From an uncultured bacterium (GTDB taxonomy: Bacteria; Chlamydiota; Chlamydiia; Chlamydiales; CAZBXE01), in contig CAZBXE010000001.1 of NCBI GenBank assembly GCA_964496125.1, positions 102,011 through 166,010 of the forward strand: a DNA stretch of 64,000 nucleotides, in the 5' to 3' direction. Made by a program: the position numbers and the translations under genes. Below are positions 44,668 to 54,489 of the stretch, in pieces. Position 1 is the first letter of the stretch. Each line of letters begins with the position of its first letter. The notes under the pieces are model-generated. The model saw nothing but the letters and a program-made list of their open reading frames with translations, was not told the origin of the DNA and ran no database searches.

Positions 44668-45192
44668 TTAAATGCAATTTCTAGTTTTTTGGCACAAAAA
44701 ACGGTTCAGGGCAAAGGTGGTGGGGACAAGAAAGGTCCACACGATGGCGATAAGAACAAATGTTGACGAGGCAGGGATAGTCACAACCCCGACGCGCTGC
44801 CCGGCCCAATAGGTAAGGGGGCCGCCGACTCCTCCGAACAAGGCGGAAGTGAAGGGGCGGTTTTGCATCCATTGCATAGAGTGATTAAAAGTGGTTGCAA
44901 AAAAGGCATAAAGGCAAAGGACCCAAAGAGGGGCAATCCTCTCATCGAAGTGGTTTGGACTTCTATAGTCGATGAGAGACTGAGAGACAAAAAAAGTGTC
45001 CAGGCAAAAGCCGATGGTCACAACAAAGCAGAGAAGGAGAAACTCCTTAAGTTTGTCTTGAATGATGAGGAAGTGAAGGGAGCATGAGACAACAGTAAAG
45101 ACAAGAGCATAGACAATCTTTCCGTTTAAAGCTGTAGCAATACAGACAAACCACAGTGCATAAAAGAGGATCACATTGAAAACGCGGAGCAT
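44668..45192 (-). CDS. Small polytopic membrane protein (DUF2878-like)
   Basis: MLRVFNVILFYALWFVCI start and 4-5 TM helices. Family assignment is from memory only. Confidence 0.4.
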   Translation of the reverse strand: MLRVFNVILFYALWFVCIATALNGKIVYALVFTVVSCSLHFLIIQDKLKEFLLLCFVVTIGFCLDTFFVSQSLIDYRSPNHFDERIAPLWVLCLYAFFATTFNHSMQWMQNRPFTSALFGGVGGPLTYWAGQRVGVVTIPASSTFVLIAIVWTFLVPTTFALNRFLCQKTRNCI

Positions 45193-45297
45193 CAGGTTAA
45201 ATAGATAAGTGATGCTTGTTTTAAACGCCAGAAAAAAGGGGCGGTTTTCAGAGAAACCGTTGCTTTTAATGAAGAGTCGCGCTATTTTTCATGGTTT

Positions 45298-46047
45298 ATG
45301 AAAGGGAGTTATAGCATTGCCAAGACGCTTGAGAATGCGTCTAGTTACCAGTTGCAATTTTGGGAGCTTGCCCAGGATGTCCAGCATGTGCGAAGGGGCA
45401 TGGATTTAAGCGATCTTTTTTTTATCCGTTCTGTGATTGCTGAAGAACGTCCGTCGCAGATCATTGAGTCAGGACGCGCACTTGGCCAAAGTACGCTTCT
45501 TCTAGCAAAGTGTTTTCCCGATATCCCAGTGATCAGCATCGAACATGATCGAGACCATCCTGACGCATCTATTGCACTTTTGCGCTTGAAGGATTGCAAA
45601 AATGTCACCTGCCTTTTTGGAGACGCAAGAGATTTGCTGCCAGAGCTTGTTCGCCCGGGCGATGTGGTTGTGATTGATGGTCCGAAAGACTTTCGTGCCT
45701 TAAAGCTTGCTTACCAAGTGATTCGTAAGAAGAAGCCTGCTTTTGTTTTTATACACGATTGCAATCACGGAAAAGGGATCCGCTCTTTTTTGCAGAAGAA
45801 TGTTCCCCATGCCTTTTTTAGCGATGATCCAGAAATTGTCACAAGATACTGTTCGCTAGACCATTACAAAAGCCGAGAGGAATTAAAGTATTGGCAGAAA
45901 AGAGAAGACTTTCCTGTGGGAGTAAGTTATGCAGGCGCTGTTGCCTGCATTCCGTACCAGCCTCGGTTTCCAAGCTTCTGGCAAGTTTGTAAGTTGCGTG
46001 TAGCGCGACTTTTGGATAATTTGTTTAGGCAAAGGAGTGCCACTTGA
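45298..46047 (+). CDS. Class I SAM-dependent methyltransferase-like protein
   Basis: IIESGRALGQSTLLLAK (motif I-like) and VVVIDGPKDF (post-motif) resemble Methyltransf_24 / O-MT family 3. Confidence 0.5.
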   Translation: MKGSYSIAKTLENASSYQLQFWELAQDVQHVRRGMDLSDLFFIRSVIAEERPSQIIESGRALGQSTLLLAKCFPDIPVISIEHDRDHPDASIALLRLKDCKNVTCLFGDARDLLPELVRPGDVVVIDGPKDFRALKLAYQVIRKKKPAFVFIHDCNHGKGIRSFLQKNVPHAFFSDDPEIVTRYCSLDHYKSREELKYWQKREDFPVGVSYAGAVACIPYQPRFPSFWQVCKLRVARLLDNLFRQRSAT

Positions 46048-47207
46048 AAAAGGTGTTGCACGAGCTAAATCTAGATGTTGTTGGCGGCGTGGAATATCTT
46101 TTAAAGAACTTTCTTGAAAAAACCCATACCAAGTATCATCACTTACTTGTTACAAATAAAACGATTCATCCCCATCTAGCAGATTCTGTAAAGACACACT
46201 CTGCCTCGATACATTATTTAAAATACTGGGGACCACTTAAACTGCCAGGGCTTTTTAGGCCTTGGAGGGCAAGAGCAATTTTTAATAGGGTGCAGCCTGA
46301 TGTGGTGGTTTCTTGGAACAGATTTGCAACTAGACATTCGTGGCGCGTTCCTTTTGTGTATTACGATCATGGTGCTTCGTGGTTTCAGGAAGTAACCAGA
46401 GAAAGCCGAGAATTTGTGCAAAACGCAACTTCGATGCTCGCCTGTTCCCACGCAAGTCGGCGAATGCTGGAGCTTAAGTTCAATGTCACCCAGCCAATTC
46501 AAGTTATACGCAACCCGGTCCGACCTGACATCTACTCAGAGTTTCATCCCATAAAAAAAGTGCCGAAAGATCGACCCATTCGTTTTGGTGTAGCGGGTAG
46601 AATGATTCCTGTGAAGGGAATACCGCTTACGTTTCACGCCCTTCACGCCCTGCGTAAACAGGGTGTAGATGTGGAGCTCTATCTAGCAGGAGATGGCGAA
46701 GATCGAGACTCGCTTTTCAATCTTTCTAAAAAGTTGGGTTTGGAAAAAGAGATCCGCTTTCTTGGGGTTGTAAAAAATATAGGGGAATTTTATCGGAAAA
46801 TTGATATATCCCTTTGCCCATCCTTGCGAGATCCACTTCCCCTTGTGGCTCTAGAATCCCTTGCGTGTGGCTGTCCCGTTGTGGCGGCGCAGGTAGATGG
46901 TTTTCCAGAAGTTGTGAATGAAGGATTGACTGGTTTTTGCATGCCTCCTAAGCTGCCTGTTGGGGATTACCCGGGTTTTGGAGGAAGTCTTACAAAGCTT
47001 CCTCGGTATGTCTATGATCCAAAGGCAGATACCATCAGGGCCCCAGCTCTCGTGTCACCAGACGATATTGCTGAGGCTTGCCTAAAAGTGTTGGACCGGC
47101 TTCCAGAAATGAGCCAGGAGGCCAAAAATAGAGCAGGGGAGATGTTTCAGTTTTCATGCTATCTACGCGCGCTTGAGAAGGGAATCTATGGAGCTGTTAT
47201 ACACTAA
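46044..47207 (+). CDS. Glycosyltransferase, GT4 family
   Basis: C-terminal LCPSLRDPLPLVALESLACGCPVVAAQVDGFPEVV (E-x7-E region). TTG start overlaps the previous stop. Confidence 0.7.
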   Translation: MKKVLHELNLDVVGGVEYLLKNFLEKTHTKYHHLLVTNKTIHPHLADSVKTHSASIHYLKYWGPLKLPGLFRPWRARAIFNRVQPDVVVSWNRFATRHSWRVPFVYYDHGASWFQEVTRESREFVQNATSMLACSHASRRMLELKFNVTQPIQVIRNPVRPDIYSEFHPIKKVPKDRPIRFGVAGRMIPVKGIPLTFHALHALRKQGVDVELYLAGDGEDRDSLFNLSKKLGLEKEIRFLGVVKNIGEFYRKIDISLCPSLRDPLPLVALESLACGCPVVAAQVDGFPEVVNEGLTGFCMPPKLPVGDYPGFGGSLTKLPRYVYDPKADTIRAPALVSPDDIAEACLKVLDRLPEMSQEAKNRAGEMFQFSCYLRALEKGIYGAVIH

Positions 47208-47218
47208 AGGATGTTTGT

Positions 47219-48175
47219 ATGATGAGAATTTATATCTTTATTATTTGCTGTCTTTTTGGGTTTTCGGATTTTGTTTTTGCAGACTCGTTTGGCTATATTA
47301 CGGCAACCACATATAACATTGGAGATGACATTCAAGGACTTGCAGCTGAGGCACTGTTGCCAAAAGGGAGCATACCGATTAATCGTGATTTAGTAAGCCT
47401 GTTTTCCCATGAGACAAAAGTTTCCACCATCCTTAATGGGTGGTATATGTGTACGAAAACAATCTCTTGGACAAGAAAAGACATTAAAGCTCCAGAAAAA
47501 AGTTGGCCTCCTGCCGCTGCGATCGATCCTCTGCTTATCTCTATATTCTTTACGCCTAAGTTTCAGTCGACAGCGTTTAATGAAGAAGGGATTGCATACT
47601 TAAAAGCCAATGGTCCGGTAGGTGCAAGAGATCACTTTACCTTGAAAGAGCTTGAGAAACGCGGTATTCCCTGCTACTTCTCTGGCTGTTTGACCCTCAC
47701 GATGGACAATCCCTATACCGAAAGGGAAGATGTCATTTATGCAGTTGATATTGATGATACGTCCTTAGCGTATCTCAAGGCGCATACGAAAGCAAAAGTG
47801 CTTGCCATCACACATAGAGTGCCCAAAGAAATCGTTCTGAACGAAAAGCAGCGCAAGGCCTACGCAGAGGGTCTTTTGAATCAATATCGAAAAGCAAAAG
47901 CTGTTGTGACAACAAGGTTACACGCAGCGCTACCCTGCCTTGCGTTTGAAACACCTGTTCTTCTTTTACAAATTGATGACAAGGATCATCGCTTTGATGG
48001 GTTAAAAGAACTTGTGCGCAGCACAACAAAAGAAGACTTTGTGCAAGGAAAAACTGACTTTGATTTTGATAATCCTTCTGAAAATCCCAAGGGATATCTT
48101 GCCATACGCTCTGATCTTAAGAAGAGAGTAGCAGATTGGGTTGCCAAGAAGACTAAAGTTTCAGCTTCTTCATAA
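47219..48175 (+). CDS. Polysaccharide pyruvyl transferase-like protein
   Basis: Signal/anchor N-terminus. ARDHFT...and VVTTRLHAALPCLAFETPVLLL blocks are typical of PS_pyruv_trans. Confidence 0.5.
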   Translation: MMRIYIFIICCLFGFSDFVFADSFGYITATTYNIGDDIQGLAAEALLPKGSIPINRDLVSLFSHETKVSTILNGWYMCTKTISWTRKDIKAPEKSWPPAAAIDPLLISIFFTPKFQSTAFNEEGIAYLKANGPVGARDHFTLKELEKRGIPCYFSGCLTLTMDNPYTEREDVIYAVDIDDTSLAYLKAHTKAKVLAITHRVPKEIVLNEKQRKAYAEGLLNQYRKAKAVVTTRLHAALPCLAFETPVLLLQIDDKDHRFDGLKELVRSTTKEDFVQGKTDFDFDNPSENPKGYLAIRSDLKKRVADWVAKKTKVSASS

Positions 48176-49316
48176 GAGGGGCTCCGATATAGGTTAAGAT
48201 GGCGTGAAAAAAACGCCAAAAGAGCCTTCTCTTTTTAGAGAGATGGGAGGTATAGATCGCGTTGTACTCAATCACAAGGTCTGCCCTGCGTAGAGTTTTA
48301 AAAGAGGAGGCGCCAGAACTCTGGTTGAGGAGCATGCCGTTTTCTTTCGCCTTTTCCATCATATGGAACGAGAGCAGGCGATAGAGCCCTGTTTCTTCCG
48401 GCTTGTCTAGGTCGTAGCCAAAGATGGGGCAGGTGAGAACCCCTTCTCTCCAGTAATACCCCTGCACAGCATCAATGCCCGCTTGTCCGCGTAACACGTT
48501 GAGAGAGATCGGTTTGTTTTGAACAAGATGTGTAAAGTACTTTTCGTTAAATTGTAGGTTTAAAGAGGAGTGTTTTTTTATGTAGAGTTCACGGTAGAGT
48601 GCTGTGATCCGAGGGATATCCTCCATCTGGACGGTTTCAGTTCCTCCTCTTGCATACTCTTGCTTTTCGTAGAGCTTTTGATCTTTCTTATAGCAGCGAG
48701 AAGTGTAGTACTTTTTCTCTGCCCCATGGATAAAATAGACAGGTCGACTAGGAATCAGCTTGTAGTTTTGCTTTTTTAACTGCTCGCAAAGCATAGGGCT
48801 TGCGAGGGGGTCGACAGTGCGAAAGAAAATCGCATGATCTGGATAGTGATTCTTTAGAAAGCGGGTAACCTCATGAACCTGATCATCTTTTAAAGGGGGG
48901 TAGAGACTAGTTGTAAGGAGCCAGTTATTGACGAGGACGACTTTGTTGATTTGGCCTAGTTTTAGCGATTTTTGCAAAAGCAAGACGAGGCTAGTTGCTG
49001 CTTTTTTTAGCGCCTTACTTTGGATATGTTGCGCTTTTTCCATCGCAAAGCCTGCATACTGTGCGTAGGGGGAGCAGACAAACCCGTTTTCATATTCCTC
49101 TTTATTGATAGTAAGGGGCATAACGATGTCATCGACTAAGAGTATTTTTAGGTCAGTTTTGACGTTATCGATAAAGGTGTGAACACCTTCTTTCACAAGG
49201 GGAACTAAGTAGCTTTTTGGATCAATCCCTTCCTTTTTTTCTGGCCAAGGCAAGGTGTCGATATTTGTAGAGTCGTAGATGCGTACGCGATCAGATTGCA
49301 TTGCTTTAGGAAACAA
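48153..49316 (-). CDS. Hypothetical protein, possibly GNAT/Fem-like acyltransferase fold
   Basis: 387-aa ORF. The C-terminal YRLLSFHMMEKAKENGMLLNQSSGASSFKTLRRA recalls Acetyltransf_6/CelD-like proteins. The call is weak. Confidence 0.3.
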   Translation of the reverse strand: MFPKAMQSDRVRIYDSTNIDTLPWPEKKEGIDPKSYLVPLVKEGVHTFIDNVKTDLKILLVDDIVMPLTINKEEYENGFVCSPYAQYAGFAMEKAQHIQSKALKKAATSLVLLLQKSLKLGQINKVVLVNNWLLTTSLYPPLKDDQVHEVTRFLKNHYPDHAIFFRTVDPLASPMLCEQLKKQNYKLIPSRPVYFIHGAEKKYYTSRCYKKDQKLYEKQEYARGGTETVQMEDIPRITALYRELYIKKHSSLNLQFNEKYFTHLVQNKPISLNVLRGQAGIDAVQGYYWREGVLTCPIFGYDLDKPEETGLYRLLSFHMMEKAKENGMLLNQSSGASSFKTLRRADLVIEYNAIYTSHLSKKRRLFWRFFHAILTYIGAPLMKKLKL

Positions 49317-49474
49317 AAAGATCTAATATTTGGCAACCAAAACTTCGAACCCGAGACCTTAAGGACTCTTAAGTCAATCTGAGCATCCTCAAAGTGTTAT
49401 CCAAGGTCTTTTAGTTCTTGTTTAAAGCCTAAAAAAAACTTGATATTCTTCAGGCTAGCAGGTAGCATGAGCCC

Positions 49475-49981
49475 ATGATACGATTCTCCTTTTTCATTTT
49501 TTTTCTGCTGTTTGTCCCTCTTCTAGGAGAAGAGGCTCTCTTAGAGCGGGTTCTTATAAAAAGAACGCGCCGCAATTATGAAAAGCCTTTAAGTCGTGAA
49601 GAAAGAGCACAAATTCAAGGGCTTGTAAAAACTTTAGCTCATGATTCCTATGCGAAGCTAATTTGGAATAAGACTGCGATCACAAAGACAGGGGATAGGG
49701 TGAATCACGTACATCCCCTCCGCTTCCTTGAAGCCATTTTTACAGACCTATCCACAACCAGGTCCCTGCATAAGTTGCAAGCACGCGGCTGGGTGTGGAG
49801 CGAGTTTGTGCAAGGGCTCAACCAAAGCTTAAAGGAAGAGTCAGAGAAAAAAAATATAACAGAGACGTTTGTTGTTGATTTTGCCTCAAATGTTAGAGGG
49901 AATCCAGAGGTTCTTTTTGCAATCATCCAGAAAAAGGATTGGAACCATCTTGTGAGCACACTTCTCCATGAACATTACTAA
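49475..49981 (+). CDS. Secreted hypothetical protein, paralog of 32569-33066
   Basis: Signal peptide MIRFSFFIFFLLFVPLLG, with collinear similarity to the 32.6-kb protein along its full length. Confidence 0.55.
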   Translation: MIRFSFFIFFLLFVPLLGEEALLERVLIKRTRRNYEKPLSREERAQIQGLVKTLAHDSYAKLIWNKTAITKTGDRVNHVHPLRFLEAIFTDLSTTRSLHKLQARGWVWSEFVQGLNQSLKEESEKKNITETFVVDFASNVRGNPEVLFAIIQKKDWNHLVSTLLHEHY

Positions 49982-50966
49982 TGTCTGTTTTTTCTCTCTC
50001 TTTCTTCTGATGAGTGTAATGCAAGCAGAAGAGGCCCAGTACCTTCTGAATGCCTCCTTTGATCCAACACGCGAGTTTTATGAGAAAATTAATAAGAGTT
50101 TTGAGGCGTGGTGGAAGGAAAAGAAGGGCAGGATTATAGTGGTTAGGCAGTCTCATGCAGGCTCCGGTAGCCAGGCTAGGGCTGTCATCCAGGGATTGCA
50201 GGCTGATGTGGTGACTTTGGCGCTTGCTTTTGATATTGATATGATTAGTAAAGGAACGAATTGGCTTCCCGCTGATTGGGCAAAGAGGCTTCCCAATCAA
50301 AGTGTTCCCTTCACTTCCACCATCGTATTTCTTGTGCGCAAAGGCAACCCTAAGAATGTTAAGGACTGGGATGATCTCGCCCGGGATGGAATAGTCGTCA
50401 TTACCCCCGATCCTAAGACTTCGGGCGGTGCAAGATGGAATTACTTAGCAGCTTATGGTTATGCTCTGAATCATTTTGAGAGAGATGAGGCAAAAGCAAA
50501 AGAGTATATGAAGAAGTTGTTTAAGAATGTGCCCGTTTTGGAAACGGGAGCCCGCTCTGCGACAACAACCTTTGCAGAAAGAGGTATAGGCGATGTTCTC
50601 GTTACTTGGGAGAACGAAGCTCATCTTGTTTTAAAGGAGTTTGGAAAGGATAAATTCGACATCCTTATGCCCTCTCTTAGCATAAATGCAAAGATGCCTG
50701 TTGCTTGGATAGACAAGGTCGTAAATCATAAAGGGACAAGAACAGTTGCGAAGGAGTATCTTCGCTATCTCTATACAGAAAATGCCCAAGAGATAGCGGC
50801 TGAGAGCGATTTTAGGCCATCTGATGAAAAGGTGCAGGCACGCTATGCTGAACGCTTTCCTTCAATCCCCATGTTAGATATTGACAAAGATTTTGGAGGA
50901 TGGGAAAACGTGCAGAAGAAGCACTTTGCAGATGGAGCCCTTTTTGACCAAATCTATCAACCCTAA
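49968..50966 (+). CDS. cysP: Sulfate/thiosulfate ABC transporter substrate-binding protein
   Basis: SHAGSGSQARAVIQGLQADVVTLALAFDID matches the Sbp/CysP block. A signal peptide is present. Confidence 0.85.
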   Translation: MNITNVCFFSLFLLMSVMQAEEAQYLLNASFDPTREFYEKINKSFEAWWKEKKGRIIVVRQSHAGSGSQARAVIQGLQADVVTLALAFDIDMISKGTNWLPADWAKRLPNQSVPFTSTIVFLVRKGNPKNVKDWDDLARDGIVVITPDPKTSGGARWNYLAAYGYALNHFERDEAKAKEYMKKLFKNVPVLETGARSATTTFAERGIGDVLVTWENEAHLVLKEFGKDKFDILMPSLSINAKMPVAWIDKVVNHKGTRTVAKEYLRYLYTENAQEIAAESDFRPSDEKVQARYAERFPSIPMLDIDKDFGGWENVQKKHFADGALFDQIYQP

Positions 50967-51786
50967 GACGGTAATCCCTGGTTTTATTCCCACTTTCTCT
51001 CTTACCGTTTTTTATTTAAGTCTGATCGTGCTGATCCCACTGGGTGCTCTTCTGCTGCAGACGCAAGGGGTAGGATTTGCCATTTTCTGGAGCACTATTT
51101 CTTCGCCGAGGGTTGCTGCTGCCTTTCGACTAAGCTTTGGTGTTTCTTTTTTGGCAGGACTTTTTAGTGCTTTTTTTGGAACGATCATTGCATGGGTGCT
51201 CGTAAAATATCGATTTTCAGGAAGGCGACTATTTGACGCGGTGATCGACTTGCCCTTTGCTATACCTACAGCCGTTTCTGGGATTACGCTTGCATCTTTA
51301 TACTCTAGCCGTGGACTACTCGGCGCCTTTTTAGTGAAATTTGGTGTGCAGGTGGCTTATACTCCTCTTGGGATTTTCGTAGCTCTTGTGTTTATTGGCT
51401 TTCCCTTTATTGTACGTACAGTGCAGCCAGCACTTGAAGAGCTCGACCAAGAGATGGAGGAAGCGGCATCTTCTCTCGGAGCAACCCGTAGGCAAGTATT
51501 TACAAAGATCATTTTCCCTCAGATTGTACCAGCACTTTTGACCGGATTTGCTTTGTCTCTTGCGCGCGCACTCGGAGAGTATGGGTCAGTGATCTTTATT
51601 GCGGGAAATATTCCTTACTTTTCTGAAATCGTTCCTTTATTGATTGTCAAAGAGCTAGAGCAATTCGATTACCAGGGGGCTAGCTGTCTTGCAGCGGCGA
51701 TGCTTCTTGCTTCCTTCGGTTTACTTTTGTTTATCAATGTGATCCAGAAGGTCATGCGAAAAAAATTTGGAAAGGGCGTATCTTGA
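50932..51786 (+). CDS. cysT: Sulfate ABC transporter permease CysT
   Basis: VIPGFIPTFSLTVFYLSLIVLIPL N-terminus as in CysT, plus EAA-loop EEAASSLGATRRQVF. Start ATG 50932 is chosen within the track ORF. Confidence 0.8.
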   Translation: MEPFLTKSINPKTVIPGFIPTFSLTVFYLSLIVLIPLGALLLQTQGVGFAIFWSTISSPRVAAAFRLSFGVSFLAGLFSAFFGTIIAWVLVKYRFSGRRLFDAVIDLPFAIPTAVSGITLASLYSSRGLLGAFLVKFGVQVAYTPLGIFVALVFIGFPFIVRTVQPALEELDQEMEEAASSLGATRRQVFTKIIFPQIVPALLTGFALSLARALGEYGSVIFIAGNIPYFSEIVPLLIVKELEQFDYQGASCLAAAMLLASFGLLLFINVIQKVMRKKFGKGVS

Positions 51787-52613
51787 ATTCTCTCTTACGC
51801 GAACCTCTTTGGGTGAAAACTGTTTTGCTTGGAATTTCGGGTCTTTTCCTTCTTCTTTTTGTGTTTCTCCCTGTGCTTACGATTTTCCAAAATGCCTTTA
51901 CGAATGGCGGGGACGCTTATTTGTACGCTCTGTCTCATGAGGAGACACTTGATGCTATCAGACTCACTCTTGTTGTCGCAGCGATTGTTGTACCTTTAAA
52001 TACATTGTTTGGTCTTGTAGCAAGCTGGGCGTGTGCTAAATTTTCATTCCCAGGAAAGCAAGTTCTTATTTCCCTCATTGAGCTTCCTCTTTCTGTCTCG
52101 CCTGTGATAGCAGGGCTTCTTTTTGTTCTGATCTTTAATATCCATACAAGTTTGGGGGAGTGGCTTTTTGCCTATGACATTCAGGTTCTTTTTGCAATGC
52201 CAGCTATTGTCTTGGCCACGCTTTTTGTTACCTTTCCGTATGTAGCAAGAGAGCTTATCCCTCTCATGCAACAGCTTGGAAGTGAAGAAGAGGAAGCTGC
52301 ACGGCTACTTGGAGCTTCGGGGCTTAGCACATATTTTCGTATTACCCTTCCTAATATCAAATGGGGAGTTCTTTATGGAGTTCTTCTTTGCTCTGCTCGG
52401 TCTCTGGGGGAGTTTGGTGCTGTTTCCGTAGTGTCGGGGCACATCCAGGGGCAAACGGTGACGCTACCTTTGCATATAGGGATCTTATATAATGAATACC
52501 AATTTGCCGCAGCTTTTGCAGCTTCTTCGGTTTTAACGTTTATGGCTTTTATCACACTTGTGGCAAAAAGAGCGCTCGAAGGGTCTAGTGCGGAAGGAGA
52601 AAAGCGCTCATGA
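51783..52613 (+). CDS. cysW: Sulfate ABC transporter permease CysW
   Basis: EAA-loop [16 protein letters not shown]; 6 TM helices. Start and stop overlaps with its neighbours. Confidence 0.8.
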   Translation: MNSLLREPLWVKTVLLGISGLFLLLFVFLPVLTIFQNAFTNGGDAYLYALSHEETLDAIRLTLVVAAIVVPLNTLFGLVASWACAKFSFPGKQVLISLIELPLSVSPVIAGLLFVLIFNIHTSLGEWLFAYDIQVLFAMPAIVLATLFVTFPYVARELIPLMQQLGSEEEEAARLLGASGLSTYFRITLPNIKWGVLYGVLLCSARSLGEFGAVSVVSGHIQGQTVTLPLHIGILYNEYQFAAAFAASSVLTFMAFITLVAKRALEGSSAEGEKRS

Positions 52614-53761
52614 GTATTAAGATTTCAAAAGTTTACAAGAAGTTTAAGTCTTTTATTGCTCTTGATAACATTACAATTGATGTCAAGACAGGGGAATTTT
52701 TAGCCCTCCTTGGCCCCTCAGGATCAGGTAAGACAACGCTTCTTCGTATCATTGCGGGTTTAGAGCAGGCTGATTATGGTATTGTGGTTGTAGAAGGAGA
52801 GACAGCAGGGCTAAAACCTTTTTCAGAGAGAAGAGTTGGGTTTGTCTTTCAACACTATGCTCTTTTTCGCCACATGACCATTTTTGAAAATGTGGCGTTT
52901 GGTTTAAGAATTCGTCCGAGGGAAACAAGACCATCAAATACTGAAATTGAAAAGAGAGTGAAAGAACTCCTTCGCCTTGTTCACCTAGAAGGTCTGCAGG
53001 GGCAGTACCCCTATCAGCTCTCAGGTGGACAAAGGCAAAGGGTGGCGCTTGCCCGTGTTCTGGCTGTTGAGCCAAATGTCATGCTTCTCGACGAACCTTT
53101 TGGAGCGCTCGATGCAAAAGTTAGAAAGGAAATCCGGCGCCTTTTGAGAAACCTGCACGAAGAGATGGGAATTACGACAATCTTTGTTACGCATGACCAA
53201 GAAGAGGCGATGGAAATTGCGGACCGAGTGGCTGTGATGGATCGTGGTCGCATTGTGCAAGTGGGGACACCGGACGAAATTTGGAACCACCCGATCAATA
53301 GCTTTGTATATGACTTTCTTGGCAATTACAACCAGTTTCTTGCTATCCGTGATCCGGCAGGCGAGATTTATTTGCTCGACGAACTTCCTGCCCCTCGAGA
53401 CGAAAAAAATGAGACAGTTTGTACAAAAAGGCAGACCATTTGGGAAAAAATTAGACAGTCGTTTGTTTCTTCTTCGACGAGGGGTCCCGAGTTAAGTCAT
53501 GCTCTTGAATCGGAGGGGCTTAAACTCTTCAGTCGGCCATTTGAGCTTGCATTGAGTGATGCAAGTCCTTCCTCTAAGGTGAGCATGCAGGCAAGGGTAG
53601 TTCATATAAATCCTGCAGGCTCTCTTGTGAAGGTGGATTTAGAGAGGAAAAGTGGACAGCTTATTCAGGCTGAGGTGTCAAAAGAAGTAATCGAAGAACT
53701 TGGCTGCAAGCGGGGAGATACCCTTTGGGTTAGTCTTAAGAATTACAAGATTTTCGAATAG
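52610..53761 (+). CDS. cysA: Sulfate ABC transporter ATP-binding protein CysA
   Basis: Walker [10 protein letters not shown], signature [13 protein letters not shown], Walker B MLLDEP, and a C-terminal TOBE-like extension. Confidence 0.85.
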   Translation: MSIKISKVYKKFKSFIALDNITIDVKTGEFLALLGPSGSGKTTLLRIIAGLEQADYGIVVVEGETAGLKPFSERRVGFVFQHYALFRHMTIFENVAFGLRIRPRETRPSNTEIEKRVKELLRLVHLEGLQGQYPYQLSGGQRQRVALARVLAVEPNVMLLDEPFGALDAKVRKEIRRLLRNLHEEMGITTIFVTHDQEEAMEIADRVAVMDRGRIVQVGTPDEIWNHPINSFVYDFLGNYNQFLAIRDPAGEIYLLDELPAPRDEKNETVCTKRQTIWEKIRQSFVSSSTRGPELSHALESEGLKLFSRPFELALSDASPSSKVSMQARVVHINPAGSLVKVDLERKSGQLIQAEVSKEVIEELGCKRGDTLWVSLKNYKIFE

Positions 53762-53779
53762 TTTGGCGCTGTGTGTAAA

Positions 53780-54433
53780 TCATCCAAGTCTTTTTAAAAT
53801 GAGCTTCGATTCCTCTTCATCGATCAACACAAATTTTTTTTGCGGTGGCTCATAACAATAAACGTTAGCCTGGGCAATATCAAACCACCACCCGTGGATG
53901 CGAAGCATTCCTTTTTCTAGCCTCTCTTGTACAAAAGGGTAACTTTGGATGTGCTCCATTTGTTGCAGGACATTAACCTGAGAAATTTGGTTTGTGATTG
54001 ATAGGGTAGATTCGTTGATATAGCCTTGCTGTACTTTTTGTAAAGAGGGCTTAGCGTGGGAAAGCCAAGAGACGAGGTGGGGGCACTTATTTTTATCGAC
54101 ATCTTGGATGAGAGCATTCATAGCTCCGCATTCAGAATGTCCGCACACAATGATGTCAGCTATATTTAGGGAGAAGAGAGAAAACTCGAGGGCAGCAGCA
54201 GAGCAAGCTTCGCTTCTTGTCGATGCCGGAGGAATGAGGTTCCCTACATTCCGTAAAACGAAGAGGTCGCCTGGGTTTGTAGAGGCAAAGAGGTTAGGCA
54301 CAACTCTGCTGTCCGAGCAAGCAATGAAGAGCGCATCTGGCTTTTGTCCAAGAGCAAGTTTTGCAAAAAGCGCACGATTCTCTTCTGTAAGCTTTTTTCT
54401 AAAATCAACGATTCCTTCAATGAGTTTCTTCAC
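53780..54433 (-). CDS. Beta-class carbonic anhydrase
   Basis: CSDSRV and VCGHSECGAM zinc-ligand motifs. Confidence 0.85.
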   Translation of the reverse strand: MKKLIEGIVDFRKKLTEENRALFAKLALGQKPDALFIACSDSRVVPNLFASTNPGDLFVLRNVGNLIPPASTRSEACSAAALEFSLFSLNIADIIVCGHSECGAMNALIQDVDKNKCPHLVSWLSHAKPSLQKVQQGYINESTLSITNQISQVNVLQQMEHIQSYPFVQERLEKGMLRIHGWWFDIAQANVYCYEPPQKKFVLIDEEESKLILKRLG

Positions 54434-54489
54434 AGGGCAGATTTTGCCCTAAATTCCTGTTTTAGGAAACCGTTTTTTAACAAGGGTCT

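Noticed and set aside
49330-49410. tRNA-like stretch on the minus strand (GGTCTCGGGTTCGAAG T-arm-like box, possible acceptor AACTAAA/TTTGGTT plus GCCA)
   Set aside because: I could not fold the D, anticodon or T stems: the sequence 3' of the T-loop does not pair. At best it is a decayed tRNA fragment, otherwise chance.
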